Below the pieces are notes generated by a model. The model ran no database searches. It was not told where the DNA came from and saw only the letters and a program-made list of their open reading frames with translations. DNA of 63,764 bases, counting the filler, from Thelocarpon superellum (lineage: Eukaryota): assembly GCA_026025795.1 (NCBI GenBank). It is 8 parts of 8 records of this genome, joined end to end, with 100 filler letters (N's around TTAATTAATTAA, not from the genome) between each part and the next. Parts side by side here need not be neighbours in the genome. Positions count along the whole stretch, not along the records: positions 48,139 to 55,907 come from JAPEUG010000620.1; positions 56,008 to 63,764 come from JAPEUG010000621.1; 6 more parts are not named here. The stretch is one strand, 5' to 3'. Of this stretch, positions 48,748-61,414 are shown piece after piece. The first letter of the stretch is position 1; each line of letters starts with the position of its first letter. A program made the translations under genes and the position numbers.

Positions 48748-50632
48748 TCACTTCGTCAACAAACTCTGCCCCGTCATGTGTCCGGGCTGCTCGATCCCCA
48801 TGACGTCGAGAATCGTCGGCGCAACATCGCCCAGCACGCCATCCAACTTCTTGAGCCTCCATCCCCAGGGCGCATTGGCCATGATGAACGGCACCTTATT
48901 GGTCGTATGCGACGTCTTGGGCGTACCTTCCTCGTTGAGCATCTCCTCGGCGTTCCTGTTGCCATCAGTCAGGTGCCCGGCCGCAGGTCGTTTCTCAGGA
49001 CGGACTCACCCGTGATCGGCCGTTACAAACAAGATGTATCCCTCCTGCTTGCACTTCTCGTATACCTGTCCAATGGCTTGGTCCGTTGCCGTGCATCCCT
49101 CGATCGCCGCGTGGTACACCCCCGTGTGGCCGACCATGTCGGGCGGCGCAAAGTTGTTCATGAGGAACTCAAACTTCCCCTCGCCAATCTTGTCACATAG
49201 GCGCTTGGCCACGCCGGCGGCGCTCATCTTCGGGTCCAGATCATATGTGGCCACCTTGGGCGAAGGGACCATCTCCCGCTCCTCGCCGGGAAATTGCTTC
49301 TCCACTCCGCCATTGAAGAAGAAGGTGACATGGGCGTACTTCTCCGTCTCCGCCACGTGGCACTGCTTGACCCCCTTCTTTCCGAGCCACTCGGCCAGGA
49401 CATCATCCATGCGCTGCGGCGGAAAGGCGACGGGGAAGGGATAGTCCGTCTTGTACTGCGTCATTGTCGTGATGTGGATGTTCTTGGGATAGGGGAAGTC
49501 GGGCTTGGGCGAGCGATCCACGTCGCCCAGGAGCTGCGTCACCTCGCGCACACGATCGGAGCGGTAATTGAAGAAGAAGAGGGTGTCGTTGTCTGATTTC
49601 GGCTGGTCAGTCTCCACGAGTCGTACGCGCATCCCGGTCCTGCACCTACCTTGCACCCTCGCCTCCTTGCCGCCCAGGATGATGGGCTTGAGAAATTCAT
49701 CATTCTCTCCCTTGTCGTAACGCTCCTTGATGGTCTTCACCGCGTCATCGCTTTCCTCTCCTTCTCCGACCACCACGCCCTTCATGCCAATCTCCACCCG
49801 ATCCCAGCGCTTGTCACGGTCCATGATGAAGTATCGCCCCACCACGGTGGCGATCTCGCCAGTCCCCAGCTCCTTCAATTTGTCCAGGAGCTGTTGCATG
49901 TATCCTGCCGCCGACTTGGGATCGGTATCTCGTCCATCGCCGAAGAAGTGGATGTAGACATGCGGGACTCCGATCTCTTTAGCCAGGGCAAGAAGACCGT
50001 AGAGATGATTATTGTGCGAGTGCTGTGCCGGACCGAGATGAGCCAGGTGGCCGAAGCGCCGCACACGCTGTAAAGATCACACGTACCACGCCACCATCGG
50101 ACACGAGGCCAAGAAGGTGGAGGCGGCCGTTTCCATCCTTCGCATGCTGAAAGGACGCTCGGAGATTATCAATCTTGTCGAGCTCTCCCTTCTTCAGTGT
50201 CTGGTCGATTCGGACGACCTGCAGCGAAATCGTCAATTCGACGTCAACCGTAGACGGACTAGGTCCCCTACGTCTTGCCACACGACCCGTCCGGCGCCAA
50301 TGTTCAAGTGGCCGACTTCGCTATTTCCCATCAATCCTTCGGGAAGTCCCACGGCGAGTGACGACGCTTCCAGCTCCGTATATCCCTGGGCCGCCTTGGA
50401 GTCTTTGGCGGCAAAGGCGTCCATGACGGGGGTGGCAGCGGCAGCTATGGCATCTCCATCCTTGGGAGAGCGTTCGGTGGGAATACCCCATCCATCGATG
50501 ACGACTAGTCAGGGGTCAAGTTAGTGGGAGGGGAGAGACTCGGGGCGGTGATCGACAGTGAGACGGGACGGTGGGAGACGTGGGAAGATGGGGGGACAAA
50601 CTCAGTACTGCCTTGTGGTCGACCTTGACCAT
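48748..50632 (-). CDS. gpmI: 2,3-bisphosphoglycerate-independent phosphoglycerate mutase, 6 exons
   Basis: [81 protein letters not shown]. Confidence 0.95.
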
Positions 50633-51957
50633 GTTGAAGGCTGCCCAGGGCACGGCACGAGGGCTACTTGGCAACTGGTTGGAGATGTAGCATGGGGAGG
50701 GTAAGGTTGAAGGGGTAAGCCGACGGTGCTCTCTCGGCATGGAGGGGGAAATCTCGAGGCGACCAGGGACGAGGGCGTGAAGCTTGTGGCTCGTCTACGT
50801 CGTGCGTGGGGGAAATTCGCGACGGTCGGCCCGGCCCGACGTCACATATTCAACAGAAGCTGGAGGGAGCCCCGGGCAGGAAGATACCAGGTACGAGTAC
50901 CCACTTTGCACGAAGGACTGCCCGGTTCGGGTAAGATCATTATGTCGAAAGATGTCCGACCTCCTGTCACACCGTCCGTGTAGAAGCCTGCCATGTCAGC
51001 TGCGTTCAAACACCCACGGAGCCCAATCCGGACCGATGACTGTGGGGACCGGCGACGCAAGACTGAAACGCTGGAACACTGGAAGCGCCGTTGATCCAAA
51101 GGCTGTTTTCATCCTTCATGAATTCCTCTAGCAAATCTATTCCACGCTCTCAAGCTCGAATGCCACCAATCCCACCGGCCTTGCCTGCATCGGACCTTCT
51201 ATCCGACGCGTATCCTCCCCTCCGATAACGCCATCATCAATGCAACGGAAATCCTTCTCTCCTTACAGAGTCATCTCACAGGCCCGAGGGACAGCTCCTT
51301 CAATCAGGTCCTCGAGCAAAGATGGCAATGCCCAGCTTGACCCAGATCCAAGAAAATTAGAGAGTGCATTCGAGTTACAACCTGATATTCCGTGCTTGAA
51401 ACATCCTCAGAGGAGGCTGAAGAGGTCACGTGGATCGTCTAGAGAGCTAGTCCACACACGCTGTGAGGCCGGGGGCCGACACCTCATGATCAGATGATGT
51501 CATAATCAGGGTCTGGTCTCCAGACACTTTGTGACCAGTCTCTTGATGGATGGACGGACGGACAAATGGATGGATGGGAGGAGTATTGGACTTGTGATAT
51601 AAGCAACGGAAAACCTAGAGGATTTGGCAAAGTATGTGTTGTGTTTCCTCCATGAACCTGCGTACTCCCTTTACCCCCTTCCCCATACCTGCATGGACCC
51701 GTCCGTCCGTTCGAGCCCAAACTCCTGAACAGAGAAACGCCAGGCGTCAGCAAAAGCCAGACGCCATCTCGCCCGCCCGCTATGGAATGATCAAGTAATC
51801 GACCCTTTGCCATCCCAAACGTCCAAGCGCCTATACCGAAAACCAGCCACCTGTTCGAACCGCGCTCGTCAAGAAGCATGCACGCATGCGCTTCAGTATC
51901 CTTGCGGCCCCCTTTGCTCCCTCCCGAATAAGATGAGGGGAAGAGGGTCTGTTTCCG

Positions 51958-53547
51958 TCACCCATATGACGGGCGATCAATCCGTTCTGTCCAACCCCGT
52001 AGGTCAAAGAAGCCATCGACGCGATTGACTTCCCGTAAAACATCCTTGATCACGCCATCCAAGCCCGTTTCGTTCATCGGAATGGGCGCGTGTCCCGTCA
52101 GACACCATACCGTCTCGTCGATATTCTCCCACGTGCCGTTGCCAGGGAAGGTGTACATGCCGCGTTGCCAGTGTGTGAATTTGCCAAGTTCACGACTGAC
52201 ATACTTGTCACGTCGCACACTGCTGTTGATCCAGAGTAATTGCCCTGTGCTGTCTGTGTGGGCTACTTGCGTGCTGCAGACGGTCGTGCCATTGTGCAAT
52301 TCGCCTATCGTGCCAGCGTAGTCGGAGAGGAAGTGGTACGGGGTCGAGGTCAACTCCGCGGCGATCCAATATGTTTCCTTGTCGCCTATCGCTCGCTGTT
52401 AGCTGGAGCATGAGGGAAGGTGAAGGGCGGGGCCGGATGAAGGTGCGAGTCCAGAGGGAAAGGAACGGAAAGGCCACCTACCCCACATGTAATGATAGGT
52501 ATCCTGTCGGATGTCGCCCGAATTCATCCAGGCCGTCAGCACCGCACTCATGAAGACGCCGGCGCGTCCCTTATCCATGCACACAACGCCCGCCTCCATC
52601 TCCATGCGCGCGTCGTCGGTCCACATCAAGCTCTTCTGTAGCATTGCGCTGGGCCGTCGGTGCTCCATGATGGGCTGCAGCCAGTCGCGCAAGCTGCCCA
52701 CCAGGAAATCGATGGCTCGATCATGCCAGAAGAGCGTGCCCGTCTCTGCGAGACCCGGTTGAGTCTCGAAGATATCGTCAGGTTTTTGCATGAAGATGAC
52801 GTCCGCGTCTGCCAAGATCACGCGTTGATAGCGGCTCGCCAGCAAGGCAAACGGCTTCAAGCCCCACCCGCTTTCCAGGCCCAGGCTATGGGCGGGGAAG
52901 GCTCTGGTCAAGTCCAAGGGTGAGACGTCTGTGGCGATGGCCATCAGCAATTCTTGCGCTTCCGCCGGGAGATCGTCGTTTCCCAGGTAGGCGAATTCGA
53001 TCGGCAGCGTCGAGTTGAGCACGTTGCGCAATGTGTGGATCAGGTGACCCGCAAGCACGGCATTCTTCCGACCCACGCAGATCACCATGCCCGTCGTCTC
53101 GGCTGGTGGCGATGGTGGTGCGTGCTGTCGCCGCCGATGCCGCGACCAGGGCGTGTACTCGAGCTGCGAGGCATTCAGCCATGGAAACTGTTGACGGAGG
53201 AGGTCCTCGAGCGGTTGTTCATCCAGCAACGGCTCCATCTGAACTGCCGTCGCCAGCTTGATGAAGGCCTTCATCCGATCCGCCATGTCGGCCAAGTCCG
53301 AGAACTGAGCCGGCCCGATCTCTTCCTCCAGTTCCCGCCGGGCCGCCCCCGCCCGTTCCTGAACCCTCGGATCCGGGATGCCAAACACACTCCGGAAGGT
53401 GACGACGGCGACATTGCCCACAAAGCCCACAGCAGCCGACGAGGATGTGGCCAACCACGTCGGAAAGAGGACGAGCATGTACAGGAGCACGAGATACACC
53501 GCCACGCTCGAACAGAGCCGCGGGATGCTCAACGGTCCCAACAACAT
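51958..53547 (-). CDS. GT71 (Mnn1/Mnt-like) alpha-mannosyltransferase, type II membrane protein, 2 exons
   Basis: N-terminal TM, LPIEFAYLG, GWGLKPFALLAS, DADVIF (DxD), TLFWHDR, EAGVVCMDK, spliced MWGDKETYW (intron ~52481-52386). Confidence 0.88.
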
Positions 53548-54547
53548 CGTGACATGCGTCGAGGAACTACGACGAGAAACTTTGTCCGGCGCACTGACGT
53601 GAACATGGACTGCTCAGCGAAGGGAGGGGAGCTTCAGGATATATGGGACGGGACACCGCCTTGCTAAGGACGCTGACGTGAGGCTATGTTGCGCGGCGCG
53701 GGAAGGAGCTTGCATTGCATGCCAGACAGCGCGAGCATGACATGGCACAGGTTCAGTGGTGGTCCAGGAACGCAATGCAAGCGCACCAGGAAAACGTTTT
53801 GACACACCCAGGCGTAAAGATGAAGCGTGCTTCATCATGCCAGGATCGGTGGCGAATGCGCCCTCGCGTGTGCTCGAACCCACGTCAGAATCAGCCTGTT
53901 GCGGCAGTTGCGGAAACCCGCATGTGAGTTTATCGCGCTCGAGCCTCGCTCTACTCGGACGAATCCTCATCGTGGAATCGATGTCGGCGTGCCGACGACG
54001 CGCAGCCTGATCCTTCGCACGGACCACGGACGACGCAGGACGACGAGGGACGCAGCGGTCGCAGTCCTCGTTCACTAACGAGAACGACTACCAGTAATGT
54101 TACCCGGACGAGCACCCACCCTCCAATCTCCTCCACGTGTGCGAGTTGTCGTAAGTACTAATATTACTCGTACGGGAACGAGGGCAAGGACGTCACTGCT
54201 CACTGCTACAAGAATCCGCCTTGCATGGTCACCGCCGCCTTCCACCGGTTGCTGAGACGCTCCTTGTCGGAGACGAGGCCAGTTATTTGTCAAGCAGCTT
54301 AGGCGGCATGTCCTCGTAGACGTTGCGCATAATCGGGTAGCAGCCAAGGCGTCGGCACCTCTCTACAGCTCCATGGACCCTCGAAGCCTCGGGCGTAAAA
54401 ATAGCAATGATTCTACGAGGCTCTGACACCCACCACACAACTTGCACGATGCCAATGAAACAACCGCCAGAGTGTCCGCATACGTCAACTCCAGGCGCAT
54501 GACCGTTTTCGGTGTCAAACGGCTCTGATTCCGATTTATGGCTCTCA

Positions 54548-55217
54548 ATGAAACATCCTTTGTCTCTTCGCGCAGCCCGTTTCATATGCGGCTACGGCAT
54601 TGTCGTGCAGCTACGTGTACGACTGACCACCATGCGCCTTGTGGTCAGCCCGTCTATTGTGAATGGCGGCCAAGTCGGTGGTAACGGGTCTGACGGGACC
54701 TCGACATGGGACACCTACCTCCCACAAAGCGACCCAAACGTGATATCGACCATTTACAACATCATGATCATCACCAGCTCGAGTGCGCCGGCCCGATGTG
54801 CCATCGAAGGAGATCCTAGAATGTGTCAAGTAGAGGTGTACCCACCGCCGTTCGATTATGGTAGAGGATACTTCTGCTCTAGCTTCTTCGCCTGGAATGC
54901 CACAACCACTGACATCGACGATAACACCATCTGTGACACCGCTGCCGATCATCCCGACTCGCTCCCCTGGTCCCTCGACCTATGGGCCATGCTGTGGCTG
55001 TCGGGCACAATCGATCTGAGCAGGGTCTCCAACAACACCAACGTTACCCTGCCCCGTGTCATCATCCGCCAACGCTTACGATGGTTATGGTAATCACCCA
55101 TATTCCCCCGGAGCTATGACTCTCTACTTCCTCAACAGCCCCACTTACTGCAGCCTCACGGACGCCATCGCCTGGGCCGCCAAACCGGACTGGGGAGCTC
55201 ATCCAATCACGCAATGA
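54548..55217 (+). pseudogene. Frameshifted orphan secreted-type protein
   Basis: Coding-like Cys- and N-glycan-site-rich ORF. Removing one C near 55047-55049 continues it as CPVSSSANAYDGYGNHPYSPGAMTLYFLNSPTYCSLTDAIAWAAKPDWGAHPITQ*. Confidence 0.45.
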
Positions 55218-55635
55218 TTCGACAGTACATACTGGATGTATGCCCAAGCTCTATGGGCCGTGTATACCGGTGGTGCAAGTGTGCACATGGAGCAAACTAA
55301 AGTATGAAGTAGCACAGCGACGTGTCTCCGCGGTCCACAGCACCTGGTTTTTGGCAGCTAGCTGGAATACGTTGGTTGCTATTACAGCTATAACCAAGCC
55401 TCCACCTCAGAGGCCGGATGGGGCCGGCCGTGAGTGACCGGTGGTGCGTAGCGCGCCTGCTGGCCTCCTGACAGGGCTAGATTCTTGACACGTCGCTCCT
55501 GCTGGTAAGATTGCCTTCGAAGCAGCGCCGTCCGTCCATCACGCGGGAAATGCCAGAAAGACCACCGACGCGTGCTCAATCTAGGACAGAAAGTAACGAA
55601 GATTACAATACAGAAGTTTGACAACTAAAAGGTTA

Positions 55636-55656
55636 GAAGAAGAAGAAGAAGAAGAA
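55636..55656 (+). repeat. (GAA)7 microsatellite
   Basis: Seven GAA units. Confidence 0.85.
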
Positions 55657-55907
55657 AAGAATGGTGAGGATAGTGTGGTGAGAGCCCTGGCGGTAAAATG
55701 TTCTCTCCTCGCAGGTTGATTAAGCCCGGAAGATCCCTTGCCACCACTGCTTGGAGGATTTGCCACCGGTGGCAGATTTGGGGCTGGGGCTGAGGCTAAG
55801 GAAGGTAAGCCGGGGATGGTAACAACAGGACGAGCGCGGGTAACTCACAATGATGAAGAGCCACCTGGGTTAAAGCCCGAGAAGAGACCGCCCATGTTCC
55901 CAAACCT

Positions 55908-56007
55908 NNNNNNNNNNNNNNNNNNNNNNNNNNNNNNNNNNNNNNNNNNNNTTAATTAATTAANNNNNNNNNNNNNNNNNNNNNNNNNNNNNNNNNNNNN
56001 NNNNNNN
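55908..56007. other. Artificial contig-joining spacer
   Basis: N44-TTAATTAATTAA-N44. Confidence 0.98.
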
Positions 56008-58282
56008 AGAGGCAGCGCGCGTGCGCTCGAGGCGGCGCCTACCCCTCGCCGTCGCGGCGGCCGACCACAACGGAACTCAAGCCGCCTGAGTGGAGATGAT
56101 CTGGGTACGCCGGATGACCAAGGCTTGTTGACTCCATCACGCCGATCCTGGAGAGCGCAATCGGATGAGCATCGGTCAAAGCGGGTCAAGACCGAAGAGA
56201 AGGATGCAGAAGGGGGTGAGGAGGAGCTTGCGGAATCACCCGATGCCCAACCCGCTCTCGAAGAACCCGTAAAGGGAGACGACGGACCTGAGGCTGTTCC
56301 GGAAGCCGCCCCAAGCCCAACCTTTGACATCGCCGCGTTAGCCACGCAGGCTGCGCAGGAGGCGATCGCGTCAATGCATGCCCAAGAAGACGGTCCAACC
56401 GCATCACACAACGGGCCAATAACCGAGGGTCAGCCCGGCCCGGCGGCGGGCGAAGTGGACAGCAACGCCCCCGAGCCGAAGCCGGCCCCCGATGTGGACT
56501 TTTCCAGTGCTCCATCGGACCCAACCGAGCTGGCGCTGTGGGTAGCGCAGCAGATCAGCAGCTTCGGGGAAGGGGGACGTGGATCGGCGGAGACAGATGC
56601 ATCGCAAGGGCAGCAACCGGCACCTTCACATCCGCCGGGGATCTATGGTCGTCGCCTCGACGACGATGATGATCCAACCAAGGCAGCGGAGCGGGAGCGG
56701 ATTCGCGAGGAGAATCGCGAGCGGAAGAAGCGTTGGCGTGAGAGTAACACCGAACGAAGTAGGTCTCTTGGGTGTGGACCGGCCAGTGCCGAGAGAGTTG
56801 CAACTGATACAAAAACCGCCAGACAAGGACAACGATCTTCGCTGTCGCATCAACAAGCGGGCCAAGACGCTCTGGGGTCCGACGCGGTCCGTGGAGCGGT
56901 CGGCGTGGATCGAAGCCGAGTTCAACAAGCGACGAGCCAAACGCGAGAGCAAGGAGCGACACCGTTCATTCGACGACGACTTTCCTGGCTTCAGCTTTGC
57001 TCCCGGCATCGGCAGCGCCTTGTTTCCCGCGCCCGGCACTGGGCCGCAAGGCGAGACCAACGCCGCGGGGCTGCTCCTCGCCAATGCATTGCTTGGAGTC
57101 GGAGGGAGTGGCGCTGGTCCGAACGCGGAGGCGGCGCATGCGTTGAAAGATGCCCTCGAAGGCGGCGCCGTTGATCCGAGGCCATTCACGGAAGCGCTAC
57201 GAGCCATGGCGGCGAATCCAGAGATCATGGAGGGGATCAATGCCATCCTGGGCGGCTACTCTGGCAACGACGACCTGAGTGCCGACGACGAAGCGCACGG
57301 CCTGGCCCAATCTACGGACCGACAAAACGCTCCGCTCGACCATGAGGGCGGCAACGAAGCACCCCCCGCCGAGGTTGACGACGAGCAGAGCGAGATCGTG
57401 AAGAAGCTGAATCAAGCAACGGCGATGCTCAACGAACTGAATGAGTCGAACGAGGCCCAACAGCGCTCGAACGGATTCACGGCCGTCAACCTGAGCGTGC
57501 CCGATGACCCAAAGCCCGTCTCCGACCCCGCACCTTCTCAGGGCGAGGAGAATGGCCATGCACTCGACCAAGCGCAGATTGATGCGCTCCTAGCTCTGGC
57601 GAATGGCGGGGCCTTGACGATACCCGATGGACCGGAAGACCCGGCCCTGGCATCCCTGGCGGAAAATCTCAGCCAACAGCAAGACCAGGCCAACGGCGCG
57701 CAGGCTGACGACGACATGTCTGCAATCCTACAACGCATCATCCAGCAAGTGATGGTTCGAAAGGACGACGGCAGCATGATAGAAGAAAACAACTTCACAG
57801 CGCCACCCACATTCCTGCCCGAGATCTCCCGTGGCCCTTTGCCCAACTACGCGCCAATGCCGCATTCGAATTCGCATTCCGACCCGTACGGCGTCGCGCG
57901 AGACCCAGCCATGGCACTGTCTTCGCTGCTGCACTGCGCAGGCATGGCAATCAACACCGTGATCCCCGCAGCGCAAAGCCACGCGACGTCACAGTTGTAC
58001 GCGCGACTCTCCAGCCACTCGCGCACGTCGACGCCCACCAGCGGCGGCATCGATCCCGCGCACGCCAGCGCCTTTGGCAGCACGGCCAGCATGAATCGCA
58101 AGCTGCTGGCACGCCCGAATGCCTATTCACGCCCCCTCCACACCGCCAACACCCACCCGCCCCGACCGAGCACGCTCGGCCCGCCCCCCAGACCACGCAA
58201 TCTGGACGAAGAGCGCAAGGCCCGCGCTTTTGGCTTTCCGCCCCTTCCTGGCGCCAAGATCCGCATCGGTAGGAAGACTTAA
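56008..58282 (+). CDS. DUF3020-domain protein, 5'-truncated, at least 2 exons
   Basis: Intron 56759-56822 yields RIREENRERKKRWRESNTERNKDNDLRCRINKRA...W..AEFNKRRAKR; C-terminal FGFPPLPG; frame open from the contig edge. Confidence 0.85.
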
Positions 58283-59112
58283 TTGATCGTGCTTGCGCGC
58301 CGCTGTTGCTCATGGCCATGCCCGCTGTGGCTGATGCTGCTGCTGCTGCTGATAATCATGCCCGTCTTTGGCTGGTGTTGTGGATGGTTATTCTGGCTAT
58401 ACAGGTGCGCGGCGCAACGGCAAAGGAATAGTCAGAGTCAGCGTGCGCAACGGCGACAGACGGCTAGATCGTCACGCAAGTCCCGTCCATGACTGACAAC
58501 GTTGACGATCAAATCGCCCAGATCTGTAATCTTTCTATGCTTCGTCATCCAGTAAATTGACTACATGGTCGTGTCCTCGCCTTGATACTACCACGTAAGC
58601 TGGTCCAGGCATTCTCGGTTGCAATCTTGATATAATAGCTGGGCGCGCAGCTGGCGTCGGCCATGTGGTAGACACTGTGAGAAGACAAGGAGTAGACACC
58701 ACCACCTGCCGAACCTCACTTCATCACACCATCCTCCTCACACATTGGTGCGGTTATTCTCCAACAAAGGAGAGCTGAACAATATATGTAAGAAGATCAG
58801 AGGGGAAACGACAAGTTCGATACGCTAACGCTCGCTCGGTTGGCCGCCCAGGGAATATGATGACGATGACGATGACAAAGGTGATCTTGTATGATCTTGT
58901 GTGATCAAGAACATCCAATGGTTGCATTCAGGATTCACCTTACGACGCTTGCTGATGAGACGACCGCCCGCCGAAAGAGGAAGAAATCCAAATGGTCGAG
59001 GGGGTCAAGTGTGAACAAGAACGAGGGGACGCCAAGTCTGATCGCTTCAGCCTGGGAGAGGCGTTGGTGGAATCCGCAATGAGAGCGTGAGAGGTGAAGA
59101 AATGACCGATGG

Positions 59113-60834
59113 TCAGCGCTGATCAGGTCCAGGAAACCAGCCTGGCCCGAAGCGTGGCTGCGAAGGCGCGCCATGGGACTCGGTATGCGTGGTAGAGGGC
59201 GAGACTGTCGGTCCGCTGCTGGGGGTGACGGGAGCGCTGGTGGTGGGATGATTGTGCTGGTGATTCTGGTGGTTCTGGAGGTTCTGATGGTTATGGAAAG
59301 CCGGCTGAGGAAGCGCGGGCGAGGGTGTATAGCTGGGCGTCACGCTCGTCGCCATGGTCGTTGACAGCGGCGGCAAGGCAAATGACTGCCCCAGCATGTG
59401 CGTATCAGACCTCCGCCGCGTGATCGCCGGAGCCGCTTCTCCCGGCACCGCTCCCTGCCACACTGAACTCGGCCCGGCCCCAATCCGCTCCGCCTCACGC
59501 GTGCCCGAACGCAGGTGCGGCGGCGACGGCGGGCGCGACGGCTGCGTAATTGTGCCGTTGGCCACCAGCATCTGCCGGTAGTGCTCCCCCTGCCGACGAA
59601 AGAATTCCCGCTCCTCCGTGATGTCCCGGATTCGTTGTTCCAGCTTCGCGATGGTTTGCGAGGCTTCCCTTTCCTTCTCTTTCCGCCGCTGCCGAAATCG
59701 GGCTGATGCTCCAGCATTACGCTTTCGCTTATCGTCAGCCATTTTCGACGCAGCTTGCACGTCGACCGGTACCTGTATAGGACCTTGATCGGTGTCAAGA
59801 GTCAACAGCTGGTAACTGCTTTGGGACAGGGCATTCATGGACGATCCACCAAAGGCACCGCCAGCGGTGCCCGAGAGGCTTGATCCCAATGTCGATCCAT
59901 TCGCGGAAGCGGCCTGATAAAGCGACGATGAGCCTGCAAGGCTACTCAACGGACCAAACTGCGGCGCGGGCGAGGTACGGCCCGGCTGACTGTAGGAGGA
60001 ATAGGATGTGCTTGGGCTCGCACTCTGCGAGTGTGAAGCCTGAGCCGAATTCGTGCTGTGACGCCGCGTCCCCGGCGGTGGCGGCGACGGCGCTGCCGTC
60101 GGGAAGCCATAGGCGGACGACGTCGAAAGACGGGAAAGGATAGGCGGCGTGGGCATGGGCGGTGCCTCCGACCCTGGCAATGTGCTGGGCTCCGCCGCGT
60201 AGGATCGACCCTGCGACGACAGGAATGGCGACTGCTGCGCGTTGATGGTGCCCGGAGGTCCCGCCGTCCGGCCAAAGCTCGCCATTCGTAAGGTCGGTGA
60301 CTTGGGCGTGAGGATCCTCCGTGGCGCCTGGCTCGTCACCACGGCGGTGGGCGTCGCTGTAGCAGGTGACAGCCCGCTCAACTCAGCCGCAGATACATCC
60401 AGGAGGGGCGATCGGGCGAGGGCACTGTAGGCGTGCGGCGGGATGGAAAGCTTGGTCTGTGGCGAATGCAGATGCGAGGAGTCGCGACGTTGGCCATGCG
60501 GGACAGAGGCCTCGGCGAGCGTCGGACTCGGGTTCAGGATGCTGTGCACGTCCGACGCCCGCGTCGACCGGGCTGACGATGAACCCACGCTGGCCACGGG
60601 ACTACGCGGCGCCAGCGGTTGGTTGGTGGGCGACGGCGCCGCGCTGGAGTCGCCGTTGGCCGGTGGCTCATCCGTCGTCACCGGACGGACCGGGTCGAGG
60701 GCTGGAGCATGTTCGAGAGCGGAGGACGCCGTCGCCGCCGGCGGCTCAAGCGGACGTTGCGGTGAGGGAAGTTGCTGGGACCCACTGCGCGGAGAGGCGG
60801 ATGACGGACGAGAGATGGTGGACCGGCGCGACAT
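59113..60834 (-). CDS. bZIP transcription factor (RNAGASARFR class), 573 aa from the first in-frame ATG
   Basis: PIQVPVDVQAASKMADDKRKRNAGASARFRQRRKEKEREASQTIAKLEQRIRDI; Ser/Pro-rich disordered N-terminus with a VHSILNP motif. Confidence 0.88.
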   Translation of the reverse strand: MSRRSTISRPSSASPRSGSQQLPSPQRPLEPPAATASSALEHAPALDPVRPVTTDEPPANGDSSAAPSPTNQPLAPRSPVASVGSSSARSTRASDVHSILNPSPTLAEASVPHGQRRDSSHLHSPQTKLSIPPHAYSALARSPLLDVSAAELSGLSPATATPTAVVTSQAPRRILTPKSPTLRMASFGRTAGPPGTINAQQSPFLSSQGRSYAAEPSTLPGSEAPPMPTPPILSRLSTSSAYGFPTAAPSPPPPGTRRHSTNSAQASHSQSASPSTSYSSYSQPGRTSPAPQFGPLSSLAGSSSLYQAASANGSTLGSSLSGTAGGAFGGSSMNALSQSSYQLLTLDTDQGPIQVPVDVQAASKMADDKRKRNAGASARFRQRRKEKEREASQTIAKLEQRIRDITEEREFFRRQGEHYRQMLVANGTITQPSRPPSPPHLRSGTREAERIGAGPSSVWQGAVPGEAAPAITRRRSDTHMLGQSFALPPLSTTMATSVTPSYTPSPALPQPAFHNHQNLQNHQNHQHNHPTTSAPVTPSSGPTVSPSTTHTESHGAPSQPRFGPGWFPGPDQR

Positions 60835-60877
60835 AGGGTCCTGGTCCTCTGGTCTCGAGTCCCGGGAGTCTGGACAT
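60746..60877 (-). promoter_or_regulatory. Overlapping out-of-frame uORF (43 aa) spanning the bZIP start codon
   Basis: ATG at 60877, 43 nt upstream of the main ATG (60834); MSRLPGLETRGPGPYVAPVHH...TSA* ends at 60746. Confidence 0.5.
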
Positions 60878-61296
60878 TGGCGTTTCCGGTCCCCTCCCCC
60901 GAGGCGTTCCTGACGGTCCGCCAGACGCGGTTGGGGGAGAGACCGAGGCAGGTGGGACACAAAAGTCTCACGCCGCGACTCGTGCCCGAAGGATGCGCGC
61001 GGAGCCGCGAGAGACGGATATGAGTCCACGGTCAGGTACGCCACTTGCGAGGTAGCCAGGGCGGAAGAGAGGATGGGACGTTGGCCGTCCCGGTGACAGT
61101 TGAGCGGAAGTTCACGGCGGGGAAAGAGGACAAACGGGGTCGAGATGGTAATTCTGCCCAAGATCTGAGTCGTGGGTGTGGTTCCGCAAGCGTGATAGGA
61201 AGATGGATCGGACGAGCGGGGCGAAGAGACGGGCTTCAGTACCTGGTTGGGAGGAATCGTCGCTGCCAGCGATGTTGCTGGTGTGATTGCTGCAGA

Positions 61297-61317
61297 TGCT
61301 GCTGCTGCTGCTGCTGC
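61297..61317 (+). repeat. (TGC)7 microsatellite in the bZIP leader (poly-Ala in the bZIP frame)
   Basis: Seven TGC units. Confidence 0.85.
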
Positions 61318-61408
61318 ACACGGAGCTGCCGCGCCGTGCACTGGGGTTGAGTAGGAAAGGATGTCGAGCAGGGAAAAGGATTGGTGGGGCGAGGACGGGT
61401 GGAGGCGG

Positions 61409-61414
61409 TCACAT
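61409..61414 (-). promoter_or_regulatory. Minimal start-stop uORF (ATG TGA) in the bZIP leader
   Basis: Minus strand ccaATGTGAccg; one of only two ATGs between 60835 and 61839. Confidence 0.4.

Noticed and set aside
48748..50632. Bacterial-type iPGM as a recent horizontal transfer
   Set aside because: Cofactor-independent PGM is the usual form in filamentous ascomycetes; the gene has five introns and host-like codon usage.
55560..55907. Lower-GC segment as a transposon remnant or FG-repeat gene end (FGNMGGLFSGFNPGG)
   Set aside because: Too short and truncated; no TIR, LTR or transposase motif visible.
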